DNA of 64,000 nucleotides from Octopus vulgaris (lineage: Eukaryota), in the NCBI GenBank assembly GCA_951406725.2, contig OX597814.1:20088001-20152000 (forward strand). The letters run 5' to 3'. Position numbers and translations under genes: made by a program. Below the pieces are notes generated by a model. That model ran no database searches. It saw only the letters and a list, made by a program, of their open reading frames with translations, and was not told the DNA's origin. Of this stretch, positions 40,901 through 51,700 are shown one piece after another. Within the stretch, counting starts at the first letter, position 1. Each line of letters opens with the position of its first letter.

Positions 40901-43900
40901 CTCTCAAGTGATGCTGCCCATGTGCCTTGGTCCTTTATTTGCTGCCAAAAAATTCATTTTAGTTGGAGATTCAAAACAACTTCCTCCTATTGTCCAAAGC
41001 GATCAGGCCAAGTAAATAGATAATTTTTCAAAATTATACAATATATATATATATATATATATATATGTTCATGTTTTTTTATTTGTAACTACTTCTTCTC
41101 ATCTCTCTCTATATAAACGGCAGTTTGTCTGTGTGTGTTTCTGTGTGTCTGTCTGGTTGTACCCTCACCCTGACCACGGCTTTCAACCGATTCTGATGAA
41201 ACTTGACACACACATAGCCCAATGTCATAATTCAAAACTAACGCAGCGAAAATTTTGAAAAGTTCCCCCAGTTCTGAAAAAAATCGATAAATTCGACATG
41301 GGGTCGAGAATCAGAAACACAAACCACAGACTAGGGGACGCAACTCGACCTTTTTAACTCTCAAAAAAAATTTACCATAATTTTTTTCCCATTTTTTTGC
41401 TATTTTTTGGCTATAACTCTCTAAAAATGCTTTATAGTTATTTCCCTTACAAACCTGAGCAACGCCGGGCGATACTGCTAGTTTGCAATAAAGAGTAGTA
41501 ATTCAGCTGGTTATTTTGGCGGGTAAAAAGTATGTGTTGTGTGTGTGCTTGTGAGTGCTCTTGAATTGACACTGAAAGCTGAAAAATGTTTTATATTGGC
41601 CTTGCTTGAGGCTGTGGCATTATGTAAGCAGATGCTGCTTTTGATAATGTTAGAAATGTTGATAGGAGAGTGTAATAAGTGGAAAGTCAGTGTAGAGGAG
41701 CATGCCAAATTTTGGGATACTATAAAAAATTTCTTTTTTCTTTTTTTTGAAGAGATGTTTTAGATTTCTTGACCAAGAAAATTAATATTTTCCTGCTTTT
41801 GCATTTACATTGTTTTTTCATAGTTTAACACAATCTACCACAATCCAGAACCATGTTCTGTGGGTTATTGATGTCCTGTTCTTAATCTTGCTACCATAAT
41901 AGCTTTAACAGACAAAGCAAAGAGGCAGTGTTCCATTCATGATTTCATTATTTGTACATATTAAATCTCAGAGTTGTGGACCTTGGTGTATTTAATCTAA
42001 TTCAAACAGATCTAAATCTGTAATTGTTCTATACATCTCTTACATAAATTTTAACATCATATTTGTTTTTGCCTTCTATACAAACTTGGTAAAGAATAAA
42101 AACCTATCGTTAACAATGAGGATTTAGTGTTGTAGGAATGAGGACTAATAATGATGATGGCAGTAGTGAGTGAAATAATTTTATAGATAAAATACTGAGG
42201 ATTGACACTCTTGAAATATTGTAATGTAGTATGGGAATGATGTGTAGTTCAGCAGAGATACATTGCTTGTGATATGGTTTGAATATGTGGCAGAATCAAT
42301 TCTATGCATAGTTATTTACAGCTGTTTAACCCTTTTGTTACCAACCCGGCTCTGGCTCTGTAGTACAAATGTCTTGTATTCATAAGTTTTGAATTAAAAT
42401 CTCCCACCAAAGCTTAGTCATAATTAATATTCCTAACACTAGCTGAATGACAACTGAGTTATTTTAGTAAATTCTTTGTTATATTTAAAATAATTAAGAG
42501 AAACACAGAGTATCTCAATAAATAAAGTAACGAAAGGGTTAAATCCTGCTTGGACTGACTTTGCCTTTTGTCCTTCTGGGAATGATACAAAAGTACCTGT
42601 TGCATATTGAGGTTGATTTGAACAATGCCTCAACTTACTCCAATAATTCCATAAAAAATTTTTAATTTTTTTCATCCATGATGATTTGATTCTTCATCAA
42701 TGTAGAAAATATAGTGGTGCTTTTGATGAGGGTGTATAAGGTGGTTGTGGTGGTAATTCTATAAAACGTTTGCTATTAATTCTTTAAACTTATTCTATTT
42801 TTCCATTTTTCAGGAGTTTGGGCATGGACAAAAGTCTTTTTGTAGAGCTTGAAGATAAGGGTGCAACTGTGCAGCTAAATCTTCAGTATAGAATGAACAG
42901 GTAATGCTCTTATATATTGTATTTGTATATATATGTAACAAAACATAATTTAACTTTTACCCCTGTATTTACTACCATTGTATGCATAACCTAGTGTTTA
43001 ACCCTTTAGTGTTCGCATTATTCTGCCAAAATTAATCCTTTTTTATCCACACTGTTTTGAACTAATCAGGCATTATCTTGGAGCTATGAGATTTTGATGA
43101 GGTAGCTGTTAATTTTTAAAACGATATTGTAGGGCTGGTGTGAGAGACCAGATCTGGCTATTTTGACTATAAAACAGGCAGAATACTTTTGGCCGGATAT
43201 GGCCGGTTTAAATGCTAAAGGGTTAAGGCATACACTCTGCAATCACATTGTTCCAACTTTGTTCCTTTTGTATGGTATCGTAGACAAATATCTTCTCATG
43301 GAGGCAATGTGGCCAGTGCCAGTGTCATGTAACTAGCACCCATGTCAGTGGCATGTGAAAGCACCTTTCAAGCGCTGGGCCTCACGGAGGCAATGATGGA
43401 CAACTTTGACAATATGTTGTGTTTGAGAAGAAGCAAAGTGAAATCGTAGTTGTGGTAGATACTGGTGATACACAACTGGAATTCATGCTGGTGGCATGTA
43501 AAAGCAAAAGCACTCATTACATTCTTGGAGTGGTTGGCATTAGGAAAGGCATCCAACCGTAGAAACCAGGTCAAATCAGGCTGGAGTCTGGTGCAGCCCC
43601 TCAGCTTAGCAGCCTTGTCAAACCGTCCAACTCATGCCAGCATGAACAGATGTTAAATGATGATGATGATGATACCTTTGAACAATGCAAGTTTTGTGAG
43701 TGAAATTGGTTAGCTTGTACCTGTGCAGAAACCTATTGAATAGACTACAACTACTTTTAGTTGGTAGACTTAATGTCAATGTCAAACCCAATTTAATATT
43801 ACCATTTGTTTTGGCTGCTTTTACTGAGGTTTATGTTGTTTGATATTTAAGCTTGTTTTATGGTTTCTTCCTCCCTTTCTCTACCAGTCTGTAAGGCCAT

Positions 43901-46900
43901 ACAAATAAATCAAGATTATTACCATTCTTGCATCAATATCATCATTTAACATCCACTTTCCGTGCCTGCATGGGTAGTACACTTTGACAGGCAACTGGTG
44001 AGGTACAGAGCTGTATCAAGCTCCCGTGTCATCTTTGGCATGGTATCTATAGTTGGATGCCCTTCCTAATGTGAACTGCTTTAAAATGTGCGGTGGGTGC
44101 TTTTTTCATGCCACTGGCACACTGACTCAACACATTCCCCACTCCCCACCTCCAAGAAAAATTGCAAGCTGTGAAAGAACACTTAAAAGTCTACTTCTTT
44201 TTCATTGCAGAGAGATAATGTTACTGTCAAATGAGCTGATTTATGAAGGATGTCTACAGTGTGGTAATGAAGAAGTAGCAACACGAACCCTTCAACCTTC
44301 TAAGTGTATTAAAAGGGTATGTTTTTTTTTTAATTTTCTATGTAAATATTATCTTATCCTTTGTAGAGTTAGTTTAACTGAAGCAGGTTACAAACAGTAG
44401 TTGCTAATATATTCCATTTCTTGGTTAGTTAAGATATTTTTCACATTTTAGTCTGAAGAGAAAGAGCAATGACGCTTTACAGCTTTTGCAGAGCTTTCCG
44501 GGTTAGCAAAATTGATGTAGTTGATGAATATAGAGTTAACTCAGGGTGAGAGGAATTTTAGTAGTTTGCATTCTTGGGTTTGGTATGATTAGAAGAGAGG
44601 TGGATATATTGGTCGAGGGAAGTGACACATTGTTTACTAGTTCTTAGGAACAGGAATTGTAGTTGTGGGATCAGAAGGAAGATGAAGATGCTAATGTAAT
44701 TGTGAGTACATTAATGTGTTTGTGAGTGATGATTTGTCATTTGGTTAGGGTTTTTTGATACAATACAGAAATGTTTGTGTGTGTGCAGATGTCGTGACAC
44801 TTCATTCCTTCCTAAACATGCATTATTGACATGTATCCTAAACCTGCATTGGTTTCATAAACATAGTCTTTGAGGACGTCCTTCAGTGGGGCCATGCCAA
44901 CATTTTCTCTTTTAACAACAAAAATTCAAGCACTATTCATATCAAGGAAACACCACTGCAGCACTCAAGAGTTTTGGACCTCCCTATTACTTTCTTAGAA
45001 TAGCTAGGAGTGCATCCCACAGACTAGCCCTTCTTTTTAGGGTTAGCTGCTGACACTCTATGAGTCTAAAGTTAGGCTAACAACGGAGAACTGCTCCCAC
45101 TCTGAGATGGTGTTGTTGCTCTACACACTGACACCCTAGATTGTATCCAACAAAGGACTTCGACTTATTGGCATTCTATCACTAACAAATGTACTCCAGC
45201 CTCTGGCTCACAGGTTTGCTGTCTCTTCTATTGCTACTGTAATGGCCTTTACTCCTTAGAGTTGGTTGTCTGTATCTCTACTATTCAAGTACTCCTGCCC
45301 ACTGCTCTTTCTACTTTTAGTGCATCCAGACTCACTTTCCCACACTAATGCTATCCCTAATCCTTCATCCCCAGAACATTGGTCCCCTAGAATCTCCTCC
45401 CTGCTGGTCTTGACCTGCAACAGCTTAAACAGAGCATTTACAGCAGTGGCAGTATGAAGTGCTTGAGAAGATCCACCCATCTCAGCAAAGCTGAGTTCTG
45501 GAAGTGCTGTGTATTATGTGATCTCCACCCATACATTACATTAATTCCACCATCCCCCTCACCAACCAAATTGCATTTCATGTGCTATGCTTGTCTCTCC
45601 TTTTCACTGCTCCTGCAGCCCCATGTTTTGTCATCTTTCCTGTCCTTCCCTTATATCTGTGTTCACCACCCACAGTATTCCATTTCTCCTCCCCTCTCTG
45701 TACCACTCTACATACATTCACTTCCTTGTATCTCAAAGATATGCCCTGACATATTTTCACTACTATCTCTCTCTTTCCAACTGGGGTAGCCATGTATCTC
45801 CTCTACAGCAAGATACCTGTTTCTATCCATCTGTCATAGTTTAACATCTCATCACTTGATACAAAGCTACCTCTCTCAATTCAATACCATACCCCTTCTC
45901 AATTGAGAAGTCTTTATCTTGCAAGTTACTTGGTGATTGCACCGGTGCTGTTGCCACATGAAAAACATCCAGTACACTCTGGAATGTGGCTGGCATAAGG
46001 AAGGACATTCAGCCATAGAAACCATGCTAAAGCTGACGAAGCTTTGCGCAGTCATCTGGCTTAGCAGCTCCTGTCTGTCAAACCCATGTCAGCATGGAAA
46101 ACAGATGTCATGTGATCATGAGTGCCAGAGAACCTGTGTGTGTCTGGGGTTGCTGCCTGCTTCTTCCAGACTCAGCAAATAATAATCACCATTCTACTAA
46201 AGGCACAAGGCTTGAAATTTTGTGGGAGAGTGACAATCAGTTGAATGGACCCAATGCTCAGCTGGTACTTATTTTAATCAGCCCCAAAAGGTTGAGAGGT
46301 AGTCAACTTTTGATGGAATTTGAGCACAATGTAAATCTAGAAGTAATGCCACTTAGCTTTTTGTTCAATATGCTAATGATTCTGCCAGCTCACTGCCTTT
46401 ATCATAATCATCATCATCATTTAACGTCCGCTTTCCATGCTAGCATGGGTTGGACGATTTGACTGAGGCCTGGCGAACCAGATGGCTGCACCAAGCTCCA
46501 ATCTGATCTGGCAGAGTTTCTACAGTTGGATGCCCTTCCTAATGCCAACCACTCTGAGAGTGTAGTGGGTGCTTTTACATGCCACTGGCAAGAGGGCCAG
46601 TCTAGCGGTACTGGCAATGGTCACACTCAAATGGTGTTTTTTACGTGCCACCTGCACAGGGATCAGTCCCATGGCACTGGCAATAATAAAACAAAAAAAT
46701 GCACGCTTGTGCCTTGAATAACTGACACTCTTGATTACAATGAAAGTTCCAGTTGATCCAATCAACGGAACAGCCTGCTCATGAAATTAACATGTAAGTG
46801 GCTAAGCACTCCACAGACACTTGTACCCTTAACATAGTTCTTAGGAAGATTCAGCATGAAACAGAATGTGACAAGGCTGTCTCTTTGAATTACAGGTACA

Positions 46901-48753
46901 ACTCGTTTTTGCCAGCTGAGTGGACTGGAGCTGTGTGAAATAAAGTGTCTTGCTCAAGGACACAATGCATTACTAGGAATAGAGCTCGCAACCTTATGAT
47001 CACTAGCTGAGTACCCTAATCACTAAGCCATGCACCTTTATGTGCCTTGTATAGGACCAGTGTGATTTCAAAGATAAAGTATTATTTTATGTTGAAAGGA
47101 TGTTTTGAAAGTGTTTTGATACCGTTGAAGCAGATTACTTGCCCCATTGAGGATGTTCTTACATAATTGTAGTGCAAATTGGTACCAGGCGGCGAGCTGG
47201 GAGAAACGTTAGCATGCCGGGCGAAATGTGTAGCCATATTTCGTCTGCCATTACGTTCTGAGTTCAACTTTGCCTTTCATCCTTTCGGGGTTGATAAATT
47301 AAGTACCAGTTATGCACTGGGGTCGATGGAATCAACTTAATCCGTTTGTCTTTTCTTGTTTGTCCCCTCTGTGTTTAGCCCCTTGTGGGTAGTAAAGAAA
47401 TAGGTACCAGTGTGCAAAAGTTAAAAGGGCATTAGAGGCAGTATCATCTGCAGAGTAGGAAGGTGTGTGATATCTGTACCCAAGGTACATCAGTCAATAG
47501 AATGTAAATCAGTGTAAACACCACTGGCATACTTTTAGAGTGGTTTGACACAAAAAAAATTGAAACAATCTGTTAGGATACCTCTTACAAATTCATGCAA
47601 ATTACTTGGCAACTTCACTAGTGCTGGTGGCATGAAAAAAGTACCCAGTGCATACTGTAAAGTAGTTGGTGTTAGGAAGGACATCAAGCCATAGAAACCA
47701 TGCCAAGTCCAACAGCAGAGCTCAGTGTTGCTCATTGGTTCCTGTCAAACATTCCAACACACACCAGCATCGAAAATAGATATTAAATGACAATGATGGA
47801 CTCAATTTAAAAATTTACCAAGTCCTGATTTTTTTGTAGATTTTTGTAGTAAGGAGCTTGATGGTAATAATTTTTTAGGTATTTCACCTACACAACTTTT
47901 AATGTTTATTTCATATTGAATGATGATTTTGTTATATTATTTTTCCAAATATATTTAGTGATATCTGGTCAAAATCATGTTTTGTTATCAGTCTATATTT
48001 GTTAAGTTCAGACTTTCTGAATGTTACCAGATTCATATTTTATTTTTGTGATTTTTTGTTTTTTAACAGAAATCTAATCTACCATCCTGGATGCTAGATG
48101 TTGTCAATGGAGCATTGAATAAAGCAGTTCTGTTTCTCAATACAAAAATGGTATTTTCTTTTAATAGTTAATTTATATGAATATTACAAAGCATAGTTAG
48201 TTATTATTATTCTTGCACTCTTTCCCTTTTACAAACAAATATTTCAGCAGTTGTGGCTGGAACTTGAATGCTTTCAGTTGAAAAGCATTATTTTTTCAGA
48301 TACCAGGTGAGAGTGTTGATGTATGATATAACACTTGTTTCCTCAAACATGTGTCTCTTGGATTCAGTCCAACTGTTTGATATCTAGGGCAAGTATATTC
48401 TACTGCAGTCCCATGCTGACCAAAATCTTTTCAGTGGATCTGGTAGATGTAAACTGAAAAAGCCTGTCCTATATATATATCACGTGACCGACCAGACCAT
48501 CAGATGTTGTTACACATCGCTGGTCACAATGCGTTTGCATTGTTTTAGCCTTTGAATGATGCCACCCCGCTGGCTAAGCGAGCAGAAGAAATAGTGGGAG
48601 AAAGATTAGTGAAAGAGTATAGCAGGGATCACCACCCCCTGCCGGAGCGTCGTGGAGCTTTTAGGTGTTTTCGCTCAATAAACACTCGCAACGCCCGGTC
48701 TGGGAATCGAAACCGCGATCCTGCGACCGCGAGTCTGCTGCGCCATTGCACCT

Positions 48754-48795
<42 letters not shown>

Positions 48796-51700
48796 GAGAG
48801 AGAGAGATGTTTGTGTATACCCTTGTTCTGACATCATGTGATGGTTGTAAACAAGCAATCACTATCATGTAAGTGATACTTTTCATTTCCACTAATCCAT
48901 GGAAAATATGTCTGGCCATATGGCAAATATTACCTTGCTTGAAAATAGGTGACAGGACAAGCATCTGGCCATAGAAAATCAGCCACAAATTCTTCTGACC
49001 AATACAAGAACGAAAAGTGGATGTTAAATGATGATATCTTATGTTGAAATTTGCTTTCTTTTATAGTTGCCTTTGTAAATAGTAATGATGCCATTTATGT
49101 TTCAAGTATTGTTTGAATTATTGGCATGACTATTGCTTAGCACCTCATCCATTCCTTAGAAAACACTTTTCTCTCAACCTGTTGTTTACCATTAATGTTT
49201 TTATTTGCTTCAGATAATTCCCTAAATGAAGAGTTGGGGTGGGGGAATGAAAGTCAGCAATTGCCATATTTCTGAAAAAGAACTGATAAAATGTTTTAAA
49301 GGTGATTAATATGGAGAACAATGATCATCATTTAATATCTGTTTTCCATGCTGGCAAAGATTGTACAGTTTGACTGGATCTGGCAAGCATGGGGCTGCAT
49401 CAAGCTTTAGTGTCAGCCTTGGTATATTTTCTAAGGTTGGATGCTTTTCTTAATGCCAACAACTCAATATATAAAACTGATTTCTTAAAACTAAAATTCT
49501 TGTTATCACTTTGACTGTTCTTGCTGCTGAATTTAAATTAACTTTTCCTTTTCTAATTTGGTTGGTACAGGATTACTCTCTAGGTTCATATAAATTCAGT
49601 TGAATACTAAGAATATTGAATGTGAAACTTCATAAGCTGTTAAATATATTTACCTGTTTTCAACTCAATTTCTGAACTCCTTTTACTTAGTAAACATTTA
49701 CAAAATAAATATTTCAGTGAAGTTAAATAACATATAATGCTAAAGTGCTATGAAAAGCTAAGAATTGTAATGTTTTGTGCTGGAATTTTTTGCAGAGTCA
49801 CTCAGCTTAATACATAAGAATTTTCCTCACATCAGATTTTAACAAAAGCATTTTACCACCTGTTTCTTTGAAATAGTTTTAAAAAGAAAAGACTAAATCC
49901 AAGAATTTAAATATTTTTTTTGTTCAATTGTAGTGACATTTTTCTGTACTAATCATTGCCAATATTCCAGGTTCCAGCTCCAGAAACTTACAATACAAGA
50001 GGAGAAGTTCAAAATAACATTGAGGCACAGTTGATTGCTATGATAGTCTCAGTTTTCCAAACGGTAAGTAAATAGAAATTTTAAGAATCCACTTTTGCTT
50101 TTCTGTTTCTTTTTTTTCTCAACATCATTTCATTGTGTAGAAAAATGCAATACCCAATGACCGGTGTAGCAATGTCATCAACTACTTTAAAAGTAAAGGT
50201 GATATTTTAGAAAGAAAGAGTACTACAGAAACATCAAACTGCTGGATCAGGTTATGACGGGTATTAAAAAGTTATTAGGAAGGGAATTAGTTTTAGATAA
50301 GATGCAGTTTAGATTTATGCTAGCATGGAGTATCAGTGATGTCCTTTTTCTAGTGAGGTTGCTAAAGAACTAAGGTCATAATTCCTTATTTTCATAATAA
50401 ACTTCATGCGGCTTGAATTCAATTGTAATTAAAAATAATCAAATTATTGAGAAAAAGCAGAGATTAAATCTGAGGATATAGATCTCACAAGATCTCATTA
50501 AATCAAGAAGAGTAGAATCCCATATTGCAGTCTTACCAAATTGATGTTAAAATATGGATACAATTAAACTAGACTGTCTGTAATCAATTTTCTTTGTGCT
50601 TCTTCAATTGTCATTTCAGGTAATATGTGTGTGTGTTTGGTTTATATTTTTTGTTTACTTTCAGGATGGCATGTGCCTCAGTGATATTGGTGTTATAGCT
50701 CCATACAGAAATCAAGTAAAACTTGTCCATCAAACACTGATTAATGTAATTGGAAAAGAAGCTGCTCAATATGTAGAGGTGAATACAGTTGATCAGTATC
50801 AAGGCCGCGATAAAGATATAATCATAGTAACATTTGTGAGAAGCAGTTCCAAAGAAAATTTAAAATCTTGCAAAGTAAGAATTCATGTAACAGAAAAATT
50901 ATCTTAATATTGAATAATCTTGACGTTTTTTAGAATCTGCAATATTTACTGTAATTTTAATGTTTGACACACAAAACTGGAAATTGTACAAATTTAAAGT
51001 AGAAAATATTTTTGCACTTACAGTATATCCTTACACTTTTTCTTATATATTTTTTATTCCCATACTTATTCATACAATGTATTTTCACACTTTCAAAGAA
51101 ATTGACGGAAAGCTATATAAAGCATTTAGACAAGCATATTACAATATATAAATTTAAATATTTATGTATCAAAACTACTCTAACACGATATATTCTTGAT
51201 TTAGATGTAGATAAATGAAAATCTTGAGCCACAAATGATTGAAGTTGCATTGATATCATATCATTACTTCATGTCCACTTTCAGTACTGTTTGGGTGGGT
51301 TGTCAGTTTTTATTCAGATTACTCCCATACCCACGCCAACAGGTTGGAGTATCACATCTCGCCTTTATATTTTGATTTGGTTTCTATGTCTGGATACCCT
51401 TCCCATCACTAATCACTTTACAAACTGTATTGATTGCATTACCATGGCACCAGCACAAGAAGCTTAATCTCTATAACATAAAAGTAGAATTCTCACTACT
51501 CTGACATATATATATATACACTCAAAGCAGTGTGACCAAGATGTGAATAAGGAAGAGAGAGAGATGGTATAAACAGAATTGGTGGATGAAGAGATAAGAG
51601 TATGATAGTAGAAACTGTGTTTAAGGTGAGAGAGAGAGAGTAATGGGTAATAATAGAGGTGGATAATGGTAAAGATAAATGATAATTGACAGTGACATTT

